Positions 19,451 to 27,272 of a DNA stretch of 32,000 nucleotides are shown here, piece by piece (positions within the stretch are counted from its first letter, which is position 1; every line of letters begins with the position of its first letter). The position numbers and the translations under genes are program-made. The stretch lies in the NCBI RefSeq assembly GCF_001644705.1, contig NZ_CP015137.1, positions 2,130,001-2,162,000 on the forward strand. The letters run 5' to 3'. Below the pieces are notes generated by a model. That model saw only the letters and a list, made by a program, of their open reading frames with translations. It ran no database searches and was not told the origin of the DNA. The DNA is from Dickeya solani IPO 2222 (GTDB lineage: Bacteria; Pseudomonadota; Gammaproteobacteria; Enterobacterales; Enterobacteriaceae).

Positions 19451-20062
19451 TCAGTAACCAACGGTGAAACGCTGGCGGATGTGCTGCGGTTTTTCCACTT
19501 CATCCACCAACGCAATGGCGTAATCCGCAAAAGAGATGCTGCTGCCTTGCTCATTGGTCAGCAGATCGTTTTTACCGAGGCGGAATGTGCCGGTACGTTC
19601 ACCGGGGACGAACATCATGGACGGCGACAGGAACGTCCAGTCCAGATCGGTGACGGTTTTCAGCAGATCGAGAAAATCGGCGCCCTTGGTGGCTTCCGCC
19701 TTGTAAGCTTCCGGGAAGTCCGGTTGATCCACCAGACGCTGGCCCGGCGCCACTAACAGGCTGCCCGCTCCGCCGACCACCAGATAGCGTTTCATACCCG
19801 CGGCGCGCACGGCGTCGATCAGAATCTGCGGATCGCTGCTGGTAAAATGAACAGCGCTGATGACCGCATCGTGACCTGCCAACAGTGCCGTCAGCCCTGC
19901 TACATCAAAGACATCCCCTTGTTTGGCGGTGACACCGGGCAGCGCGGCGATTTTTTCCGGATGACGGGCAATCGCGGTTATCTGATGACCACGTTCAGAC
20001 AGTTCTTTTAGAATCTGTGAACCCGCGTTGCCGGACGCGCCAATAAGTGCAATATGAGCCAT
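19451..20062 (-). CDS. NAD(P)H-binding protein (NmrA/YwnB-like atypical SDR)
   Basis: The start is taken at the ATG at 20062 (MAHIALIGASGNAGSQILKEL, a Rossmann GxxGxxG motif), with AGGA about 9 nt upstream. The track start at 20113 adds 17 aa. 203 aa. Confidence 0.8.
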   Translation of the reverse strand: MAHIALIGASGNAGSQILKELSERGHQITAIARHPEKIAALPGVTAKQGDVFDVAGLTALLAGHDAVISAVHFTSSDPQILIDAVRAAGMKRYLVVGGAGSLLVAPGQRLVDQPDFPEAYKAEATKGADFLDLLKTVTDLDWTFLSPSMMFVPGERTGTFRLGKNDLLTNEQGSSISFADYAIALVDEVEKPQHIRQRFTVGY

Positions 20063-20203
20063 GTTCCATTCCTTATAGTCTTCATTAAGGGAAAGGTCTA
20101 CTATGTAGACCATTGGAATGGATTATGCGCAAAGCCCGATCGCTGCGCAAGAAGTCACCCGTTTGTTATCTGGTCATCAACAGCTGACCATGTGGAGTGT
20201 GCG

Positions 20204-20590
20204 ATGCCGAAAACCGTTGCTGAAAAAGATGTTTTTGTCTTTGAACAGGCTTGTCCGATACGCGATGTGCTGGATCGCATTGGCGATCAGTGGAGCCTGC
20301 TGGTGCTGGAAACCCTGAGTGATGGCACGCTGCGTTTTAATGAACTGATGCGTCGTATTGGCGATATTTCCAAGCAAATGCTCTCCAAAACATTGAAATT
20401 GCTGGAGCAGGACGGATTTGTCCGGCGCACGCTTTATGCCGAGGTGCCGCCGCGGGTGGAATACCAGCTCACCGAGCTTGGGCGCTCTTTTCTGCAACCG
20501 ATGAAGACGCTGGTGCTGTGGGCGGATGCGCATCACCGTACCATTTGCGAAGCGCGCAAAATCTATGGGCAAAAATTGGGTAACACCTGA
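20204..20590 (+). CDS. HxlR family winged-helix transcriptional regulator
   Basis: ATG at 20204 with GGAG 7 nt upstream. CPIRDVLDRIGDQWSLLVLETLSDGTLRFNELMRRIGDISKQMLSKTLKLLEQDGFVRR is the HxlR signature. Divergent from the NAD(P)H-binding gene. 128 aa. Confidence 0.88.
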   Translation: MPKTVAEKDVFVFEQACPIRDVLDRIGDQWSLLVLETLSDGTLRFNELMRRIGDISKQMLSKTLKLLEQDGFVRRTLYAEVPPRVEYQLTELGRSFLQPMKTLVLWADAHHRTICEARKIYGQKLGNT

Positions 20591-20648
20591 GGTGAACACC
20601 TAATTGAGCGCCAGCATCTGATAATGCCTTTTGTATTCAGTCGGTGAA

Positions 20649-20676
20649 ACGGCCTTGTTCATTCCCACAAGGCCGT
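20649..20676. terminator. Hairpin between the convergent HxlR-family and hppD genes
   Basis: ACGGCCTTG (20649-20657), a 10-nt loop, CAAGGCCGT (20668-20676): a 9-bp stem with no U tract on either strand. Confidence 0.35.
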
Positions 20677-20688
20677 GCCTGATGAGCG

Positions 20689-21774
20689 CTATGCGGCTCC
20701 GGTGGCTTTGATTTCACCGCGCGCCAGCTGGTCGCGCTCCATGGATTCAAACAGCGCCTTGAAGTTGCCTTCGCCAAAACCGTCGTCGCCATCCCGTTCG
20801 ATGAATTCAAAAAACAGCGGGCCGATCAGGGTTTCCGAAAAAATTTGCAGTAGCAGTTTTTTCTGCCCGTTGCGGGTATTGCCGTCAATCAGAATGCCGC
20901 GCGTCTGCAGGGCGGCGATATCACGGCCATGCCCTGGCAGGCGTTCCTCCGCCATCTGGTAGTAGGTATCGGATGGTGCGGTCATCAGCGGTAAACCCGC
21001 CTGACGCAGTTGATCGAGGGTGGTCAGGATATTGTCGGTTTGCATCGCAATATGCTGGATCCCTTCGCCATTAAAACGGCGCAGGAATTCCTGAATCTGT
21101 CCGTTGCTGCCTTCCGCCTCTTCGTTTAATGGAATACGGATTTTACCGTCCGGCGCCATCATGGCTTTGGAGTGTAATCCGGTATATTCGCCAGCAATAT
21201 CAAAATAACGAATCTGCTGAAAATTAAATATTCGGTTATAGAACTCAGACCAGTAATTCATTCTTCCCTGATAGACATTATTGGTCAGATGATCAAGGGT
21301 ATGCAGCCCGAACCCTTTCGGCTTCCTTTCCACCTCGGGAATAAATGTAAAATCGATATCGAAAATATCTATGCCCGTGTGATATTTCTCGATGAAGTAG
21401 ATTTTCGAACCGCCAATGCCTTCGATCGCCGGTACCTGAATTTCCCCCGGGCTGGTAGTCTGGCTGGCCGGCCTGGCGCCGGACAGGAGCGCCCGCTCAT
21501 AAGCCTGAGCCGCATCCCTGACGTAAAACCCGATGCCGCAGGCGCCCGCGCCGTGTTCCTGCAGAAAAGTTTGTGGAAAACCGGCGGCGGTATTGTTAAC
21601 AAGAAAATTGATATCGTTCTGTCGAAAAAGTGAAATATCGCGGTGGCGATGGTGCGCAACACATGCAAACCCCAAAGAAACAAATAACGCCGAGAGCGTT
21701 TCCGGAGCGTCGGTAACAAATTCGATAAAAGCGAATCCATTCAGTTCGAGCGGGTTAGTTAATAACTCATCCAT
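20689..21774 (-). CDS. hppD: 4-hydroxyphenylpyruvate dioxygenase
   Basis: 361 aa, collinear with the remembered Pseudomonas HPPD. Shared segments include DHLTNNVYQGRMNYWSEFY, RYFDIAGEYTGLHSKAMMAPDGKIRIPLNEE, FNGEGIQHIAM, KLLLQIFSETLIGPLFFEFIERDGDDGFGEGNFKALFESMERDQ. The Fe ligands His/His/Glu are present. AGGAAA lies 5 nt upstream of the start. Confidence 0.92.
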   Translation of the reverse strand: MDELLTNPLELNGFAFIEFVTDAPETLSALFVSLGFACVAHHRHRDISLFRQNDINFLVNNTAAGFPQTFLQEHGAGACGIGFYVRDAAQAYERALLSGARPASQTTSPGEIQVPAIEGIGGSKIYFIEKYHTGIDIFDIDFTFIPEVERKPKGFGLHTLDHLTNNVYQGRMNYWSEFYNRIFNFQQIRYFDIAGEYTGLHSKAMMAPDGKIRIPLNEEAEGSNGQIQEFLRRFNGEGIQHIAMQTDNILTTLDQLRQAGLPLMTAPSDTYYQMAEERLPGHGRDIAALQTRGILIDGNTRNGQKKLLLQIFSETLIGPLFFEFIERDGDDGFGEGNFKALFESMERDQLARGEIKATGAA

Positions 21775-22088
21775 ACTATTTCCTTTGTCCTTAAAGGAGA
21801 TGAATAAAATAAACCTGTGGCAGGTTTGTTCGAGTAAATATAGCGTGAACGATCATTTTCGGATAACAAGTTTTTCTTATTATAAAGTCAATAGATAAAT
21901 ATAAAGTAATTACGTCTATTAATATTTATTGATGACAATATTGACTAATAACCGGCGAGCCGCGATTTGTTGAGGGGGCAATTTGGCCCGAATGTATCGA
22001 TAAATGACCTTCGGGCCGCTGCCGGTCGTACGGTTTTCCGAGCAGAATGATGACCATCCCCAATGCTTTAAGACCAAGGAATACCGCC

Positions 22089-22862
22089 ATGAATATTACT
22101 CAGATAAGAAACGCCACGTTGAAAATCAGCTTTGCCGGTAAAACGTTTCTCATCGACCCGATGCTGGCTGAGAAAGGCGCTTACCCCGGTTTCGACGGCA
22201 CGCTGAACAGCCATTTGCGTAATCCGTTGGTGGACCTGCCGGTCTCGTTGGAGAGCCTGTTTGCCGGTGTGGATGCGGTGATTGTCACCCACACCCATCT
22301 CGATCACTGGGATGAGGCGGCTGGAATCCATCTGCCTAAATCATTACCGATATTTGCCCAGCACGAACAAGACCGGGAAACGATTCGGGCCGCCGGGTTT
22401 GGCGATGTTCGCGTGTTAACCGAACAGAGCGAGTTTGGCGATATCACGCTGAGTAAAACTCCGGGCCAACACGGTAGCGATGCGATTATGGAAAAATTGC
22501 GCGATAGGTTGGGTGAGGTGTGCGGTGTGGTGTTCCGCCATCCGCAGGAAAAAACGCTGTATCTGGCGGGCGATACGGTCTGGAATGCGAGTGTGGCTGA
22601 AAACCTGCGTCGTTATACCCCGGAGGTCATTATTCTCAATTGCGGCGATGCGCAAGTCGTCGGATTGGGGTCGATTATCATGAATCAGCAGGATGTGCTC
22701 GCCGTGGCGCAACACGCACCCCATGCGACCCTGATCGCCAGCCACATGGAAGCGGTTAATCATTCGGCGCTGAGTCGTGCGGCCCTGCGTGATTTTGTGC
22801 AGCAAAACGGTGTGGCGCATCAGGTGCGGATCCCGGCGGATGGCGAGTCCTGTATGCTGTAA
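22089..22862 (+). CDS. Metallo-beta-lactamase-fold hydrolase
   Basis: HTHLDHWD (the HxHxDH motif). The start is taken at the ATG at 22089 (MNITQIRNATLKISFAGKTFLIDP), with AAGGAA 8 nt upstream. The alternative ATG at 22047 would add 14 aa. 257 aa. Confidence 0.78.
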   Translation: MNITQIRNATLKISFAGKTFLIDPMLAEKGAYPGFDGTLNSHLRNPLVDLPVSLESLFAGVDAVIVTHTHLDHWDEAAGIHLPKSLPIFAQHEQDRETIRAAGFGDVRVLTEQSEFGDITLSKTPGQHGSDAIMEKLRDRLGEVCGVVFRHPQEKTLYLAGDTVWNASVAENLRRYTPEVIILNCGDAQVVGLGSIIMNQQDVLAVAQHAPHATLIASHMEAVNHSALSRAALRDFVQQNGVAHQVRIPADGESCML

Positions 22863-22911
22863 CGGGTATCCGTAATGGATGACGACGAAACTGGGGGAAC
22901 GAGACGTGAGC

Positions 22912-23862
22912 ATGCATATTCCGTCGGTCGCGGTAGTGGCCTGCAATCAGTTCAGCCCGTTTCATTTATCGGTGCCCTGCATGATTTTCGGCGATGTGCT
23001 GCCGGGGCAGCCGCTGTTCAGGCTGCGAATTTGCGCCGGTGAAGACGGCGTGCTGCGTTCCGCACAAGGGTTGCAGGTTGATACCCCGTTCGGGCTGGAC
23101 GCGCTGGCGGAGGCCGATATCGTCGTGGTGCCCTACTGGCGTAACCCACAGGAGATGCCGAACCCGGCGTTGCTGGCGGCGCTGGCGGCGGCCTATGCAC
23201 GCGGCAGCCTGCTGGTCGGTTTGTGTCTGGGCACCTACGTGCTGGCGTGGGCCGGGCTGCTTACGCAGCGCAAGGCGGCGACGCACTGGGAATTCGCGCA
23301 GGATTTTCAGCAGCGTTTTCCCGATGTTCATCTGGATACGCATGCGTTGTACGTGGAAGACGGGCGGCTGATTACCTCGGCGGGTACCGCAGCCGGGCTG
23401 GATTGTTGCCTGCATCTGGTCAGGAAGTACCACGGCAGTGCGATAGCCAACAAAGTCGCCAGAAGAATAGTGATTCCTCCGCATCGGGAAGGCGGTCAGG
23501 CGCAGTTCATCGAGCGACCGGTGCCGGCATCCACGCAGGACGCCAGAATCAACGCGCTGCTGGACTACCTGAGAAGCCGTCTCGACCAGCCTCATCACCT
23601 TGATGAACTAGCGCGCCAGACGTTAATGAGCCGTCGCACCTTCACCCGACAGTTTCACAAAGCCACTGGCATGTCAGTCGGCGAATGGTTGATGGCGGAG
23701 CGCCTGCAACAAAGTCAGGCGCTGCTGGAGTCCACCACGCTATCGATCGACGCCATTGCGGAACAGGTCGGTTTCAGTACCGCCACATCGTTGCGCCAGC
23801 ATTTCCGCCGTCAGTTTAACGTCACGCCTGGCGAGTGGCGCAAGACGTTTCAGGAAAGTTAA
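22912..23862 (+). CDS. GlxA-family transcriptional regulator (DJ-1/PfpI-like domain + AraC HTH)
   Basis: The N-terminal amidotransferase-like fold contains GLCLGTYVLAWAGLL. The C-terminus has the AraC double HTH (...SRRTFTRQFHKATGMSVGEWLMAERL...IAEQVGFSTATSLRQHFRRQFNVTPGEWRK). The start is ambiguous between 22912 and 22879. Confidence 0.82.
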   Translation: MHIPSVAVVACNQFSPFHLSVPCMIFGDVLPGQPLFRLRICAGEDGVLRSAQGLQVDTPFGLDALAEADIVVVPYWRNPQEMPNPALLAALAAAYARGSLLVGLCLGTYVLAWAGLLTQRKAATHWEFAQDFQQRFPDVHLDTHALYVEDGRLITSAGTAAGLDCCLHLVRKYHGSAIANKVARRIVIPPHREGGQAQFIERPVPASTQDARINALLDYLRSRLDQPHHLDELARQTLMSRRTFTRQFHKATGMSVGEWLMAERLQQSQALLESTTLSIDAIAEQVGFSTATSLRQHFRRQFNVTPGEWRKTFQES

Positions 23863-24019
23863 TACGCCTAATACATGCGGTGGTCGGATCAATACAGAAC
23901 GTTACTTGCCAATACAGAAAGTGGAATTTAACGATTAAACAATAACGTTATGGCTTTTTGAGGTGGATGTGGGGAAAAACCTCATTGTGGCATTGACCGC
24001 ATATTGCCTACAATCCTTC

Positions 24020-24123
24020 TTACACGCTACAGCAGGTAAAGCCACTTTTAACGCCTGTAGCGTGTCATTCTTGTTTTACCTGCTGAAGCGTGTAATAGTT
24101 ATTCTACCGTCTATAACCGGTAG
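24020..24123. promoter_or_regulatory. Cluster of inverted repeats upstream of hipB (candidate HipB operators)
   Basis: TTACACGCTACAGCAGGTAAA (24020-24040) and TTTACCTGCTGAAGCGTGTAA (24075-24095) are complementary at 20/21. A third copy, CTGTAGCGTGT, lies at 24055-24065. CTACCG-N8-CGGTAG at 24104-24123 abuts the hipB RBS. A TACAAT -10-like hexamer is at 24009-24014. Confidence 0.55.
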
Positions 24124-24129
24124 GATAAG

Positions 24130-24402
24130 ATGATGAAGGTCACCAACAGCAAACAGCTTAGCAGCTATCTAAAAGATGTTCGTATCACGCAGAAGCTTTC
24201 CCAAGGGAAAGTGGCCAGTAAAGTGGGGATTCGTCAGGACACGGTATCGAGCTTCGAACAACATCCCGATTCCACCAAGCTGGAAACCTTCTTTAAGATC
24301 CTGTCGGCATTAAATTTAGAACTTACCATTACCCCCAGAAATGCGCATGCAGCCAATAACGAGGCTTCTGTTGCAACATCAGCCTGGAAGGAAGAATGGT
24401 AA
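24130..24402 (+). CDS. hipB: HipB antitoxin (XRE-family HTH)
   Basis: 90 aa. The pattern ...QKLSQGKVASKVGIRQDTVSSFEQHPDSTKLETFFKILSALNLEL...EEW parallels E. coli HipB (SNFENNPDNTTLTTFFKILQSLELS...LEW). It lies immediately upstream of hipA and overlaps it. Confidence 0.9.
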   Translation: MMKVTNSKQLSSYLKDVRITQKLSQGKVASKVGIRQDTVSSFEQHPDSTKLETFFKILSALNLELTITPRNAHAANNEASVATSAWKEEW

Positions 24403-25721
24403 TGGCGGCGCTCGATGTTTACATGAACGGCTACCGGGTGGGAATTCTGACCAAAACGGGCAGTGGCGCGCATCATTTTTCCTATGATGCGAACTGGCTC
24501 GAGTTGCCGGGGAGTCGCCCCCTCTCGCTCTCAATGCCGCTACGCCATCAGCCCTATCAAGGTGATGAAGTTTATAATTTCTTCGACAACTTGTTGCCGG
24601 ATAACCCGGATATCAGGCGGCGGATTGTCACCAGGCATCAGGCGGATTCCACCCAGCCGTTTGATTTGCTGGCTAAAGTGGGGCAAGACAGTGTTGGGGC
24701 GTTGCAATTGGTGCCGCAGGGCACCGCTGTTGGCGATATAAAACAGATCGAATACAAAACCTTATCCGAGCAACAGCTTGAAAACATACTGGCGGGATAT
24801 CTGTCCGATGCCCCGCTCGGGATGATTGATACAGAAGAGGATTTTCGTATCTCTATCGCAGGCGCACAGGAAAAGACGGCGCTGCTTTATCTGGATGGCA
24901 GCTGGTGTTTGCCTCTTAATACCACACCAACTACCCACATCATCAAGCTACCGATTGGTAAAATTGAGAGTCATTCATACTCAATTGATATGTCTGACAG
25001 CGTTGAAAATGAATACCTGTGCCTGCTCATTGCCAAGGCGTTTGGGCTGTCGGTACCGCACTGTTTTATGATCACAGCAGGCAAGATAAAAGCGCTGGCG
25101 GTAGAACGTTTTGATCGTAAATACGCCTCGGATGGTCGTTGGATTATGCGGTTGCCGCAGGAGGATTTTTGCCAGGTATTAAACGTGCCTTCCGCACGAA
25201 AATACGAAAATCATGGTGGACCGGGCATTTCCGCTATTATGTCGGTGCTATTAGGGGCGATTGAACCTGAAAGGGATCGCTATACCTTTATGAAGGCGCA
25301 GGTGCTGTTTTGGCTATTGGCTGCAACGGATGGACATGCAAAAAACTTCTCCCTGTTTATTGAATTTGAAGGACGATATCGCCTCACGCCTTTCTATGAC
25401 ATTCTCTCTATGTACCCGGCGATGGGCGGGCGGGGAATTGACCGCAGAGAGGCCAAACTGGCGATGGGGCTGACCGGCTCAAAAGGCAAGAAATACGCCA
25501 TTGAGCAGATCTTTCCACGGCACTTTTTCCAAACGGCAAAGGTGGTTGGATTTGCCAGAGAATCGATGGAACGCATTCTGACTGAATTTTCACAGACGGT
25601 TGATTCTGTCATCGTGAGTGTCAGAAACCAACTGCCTGCGGATTTTCCCACTCCTATCCGCGATGCGATCCTGGGAGGGCTACAGACTAGATCGAGTCGA
25701 TTGACGACGGGCTGGGAATAA
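24402..25721 (+). CDS. hipA: HipA serine/threonine kinase toxin
   Basis: Collinear with E. coli HipA. Shared segments include NFFDNLLPDNP, QPFDLLAKVGQDSVGA, FRISIAGAQEKTALL (P-loop with the autophosphorylation Ser), TTHIIKLPIG, ALAVERFDR, ATDGHAKNFSL (catalytic Asp) and LTPFYDILS. I prefer the ATG at 24402 (TAATG overlap with hipB) because it leaves 7 residues before MNGYRVG, as in E. coli. The ATG at 24396 is also possible. Confidence 0.92.
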   Translation: MAALDVYMNGYRVGILTKTGSGAHHFSYDANWLELPGSRPLSLSMPLRHQPYQGDEVYNFFDNLLPDNPDIRRRIVTRHQADSTQPFDLLAKVGQDSVGALQLVPQGTAVGDIKQIEYKTLSEQQLENILAGYLSDAPLGMIDTEEDFRISIAGAQEKTALLYLDGSWCLPLNTTPTTHIIKLPIGKIESHSYSIDMSDSVENEYLCLLIAKAFGLSVPHCFMITAGKIKALAVERFDRKYASDGRWIMRLPQEDFCQVLNVPSARKYENHGGPGISAIMSVLLGAIEPERDRYTFMKAQVLFWLLAATDGHAKNFSLFIEFEGRYRLTPFYDILSMYPAMGGRGIDRREAKLAMGLTGSKGKKYAIEQIFPRHFFQTAKVVGFARESMERILTEFSQTVDSVIVSVRNQLPADFPTPIRDAILGGLQTRSSRLTTGWE

Positions 25722-25792
25722 TTTTCCGAGAGTTGGACAACGTTTTTATCTTTTCGCGTCTGTTTGCGTAATTTATGCCAGATTTCTCAATG

Positions 25793-27157
25793 TCACTTCC
25801 CAATACAAAAGCTGGAAAAAATCCTCCCCAGCAGGTCATCGGAGGTGAATTCGCCGGTGATTTCACTTAATGATTGCTGCGCCAGCCGCAGTTCTTCGGC
25901 CAGCAGCTCCCCGGCGTAGGCGCCGACCAATTGTTCATGACCTTGTTGCAGATGCTGCGCCGCTTGCTCCAGTGCCTGCAAGTGGCGGCGGCGGGCCAGA
26001 AACCCCCCTTCGGTGTTGCTGGTAAACCCCATGCTCTGCTTGAGGTGGTCGCGCAGCAGGTCTATGCCGTCGCCGGTGCGGGCGGAAAGGCGGATAAGTG
26101 AGTAAGTGTTTACATCTTCAATGCCCAGCGGTTCGCCGGTGACATCCGCTTTGTTACGCACTACGGTGATCGGTAGCCGATGCGGTAATCTCGCCATGAA
26201 CTCCGGCCAGATAGCCGCCGGTTCCACCGCATCGGTGGTGGTGCCGTCCACCATGAACAACACCCGGTCCGCCTGCTCGATTTCCTGCCAGGCGCGCTCG
26301 ATGCCGATACGTTCCACCTCGTCGCTGGCGTCGCGTAGCCCGGCGGTGTCGATAATGTGCAGCGGCATGCCGTCGATGTGAATATGCTCGCGCAGCACAT
26401 CGCGGGTGGTGCCGGCGATGTCGGTGACGATGGCGGCGTCGCGCCCGGCCAGCGCATTCAGCAGGCTGGACTTGCCGGCATTCGGCCGTCCGGCTATCAC
26501 CACTTTCATGCCTTCACGCAGCAGGCTGCCTTGGCGCGCTTCGGCACGCACTGTGCCCAGATCGCCGATAACGTCGTTGAGCATGGCTTCGATTTTGCCG
26601 TCGGAGAGGAAGTCGATTTCTTCATCGGGGAAATCGATAGCGGCTTCTACATAGATTCGCAGGTGAGTGAGTGCTTCCACAAGTTGGTGGATACGGGTAG
26701 AAAACACACCCTGTAGTGAGTTGACGGCGGAACGGGCCGCCTGTTCGGAACTGGCGTCGATCAAATCGGCAATGGCTTCGGCCTGCGCCAGATCCAGCTT
26801 GTCATTCAAAAACGCCCGTTCGGAGAACTCGCCGGGACGGGCGATGCGCACGCCAGACAGCGCCACCACCCGTTTGAGCAGCAGGTCAAGAATCACCGGG
26901 CCGCCGTGCCCCTGTAGCTCCAGCACGTCTTCGCCGGTAAAGGAGTTCGGACCGGGAAACCACAGGGCAATCCCTTGATCGAGCACGCTGCCATCGGCGT
27001 CATGGAAAGGCAGATAATCGGCGTAACGCGGTTTAGGCAGTTTGCCCAGCACCGCCTGCGCTACTGCTGAGGCATGTCGGCCGGAAATGCGCAGAATACC
27101 TACGCCGCCGCGTCCCGGCGGGGTGGCTTGGGCAACGATGGTGTCGGTATGGCTCAT
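25793..27157 (-). CDS. mnmE: tRNA modification GTPase MnmE (TrmE)
   Basis: 454 aa. [26 protein letters not shown]..., G-domain [15 protein letters not shown]-terminal FCIGK. Synteny with yidC. Confidence 0.97.
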   Translation of the reverse strand: MSHTDTIVAQATPPGRGGVGILRISGRHASAVAQAVLGKLPKPRYADYLPFHDADGSVLDQGIALWFPGPNSFTGEDVLELQGHGGPVILDLLLKRVVALSGVRIARPGEFSERAFLNDKLDLAQAEAIADLIDASSEQAARSAVNSLQGVFSTRIHQLVEALTHLRIYVEAAIDFPDEEIDFLSDGKIEAMLNDVIGDLGTVRAEARQGSLLREGMKVVIAGRPNAGKSSLLNALAGRDAAIVTDIAGTTRDVLREHIHIDGMPLHIIDTAGLRDASDEVERIGIERAWQEIEQADRVLFMVDGTTTDAVEPAAIWPEFMARLPHRLPITVVRNKADVTGEPLGIEDVNTYSLIRLSARTGDGIDLLRDHLKQSMGFTSNTEGGFLARRRHLQALEQAAQHLQQGHEQLVGAYAGELLAEELRLAQQSLSEITGEFTSDDLLGRIFSSFCIGK

Positions 27158-27215
27158 GGTGTTCTCTCGGCATTCTCGCCTGTTTTCAGGCGGTGTTATG
27201 GGATTGTCTTAACGT

Positions 27216-27244
27216 AAAAAATAAGGCGGTCATTGACCGCCTTA
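27216..27244 (-). terminator. Intrinsic terminator downstream of yidC
   Basis: Minus-strand TAAGGCGGTC-AAT-GACCGCCTTA followed by TTTTTT (plus-strand A-run 27216-27221). The loop is short, so the stem probably breathes to 8-9 bp. Confidence 0.75.
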
Positions 27245-27272
27245 CAGTGAGATTGATTGGGCAATCAACCGG

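Noticed and set aside
21533-21898. A 121-aa plus-strand ORF, and within it a 32-codon ORF starting at ATG 21800 directly after AAGGAG.
   Set aside because: The long ORF is antisense to the hppD 5' end. The AAGGAG abuts the ATG with zero spacing, so it cannot serve as its SD. The true hppD RBS (AGGAAA) lies closer to the hppD start, and this AAGGAG is merely the complement of the CTCCTT stretch about 19 nt upstream of the hppD start on the hppD strand.
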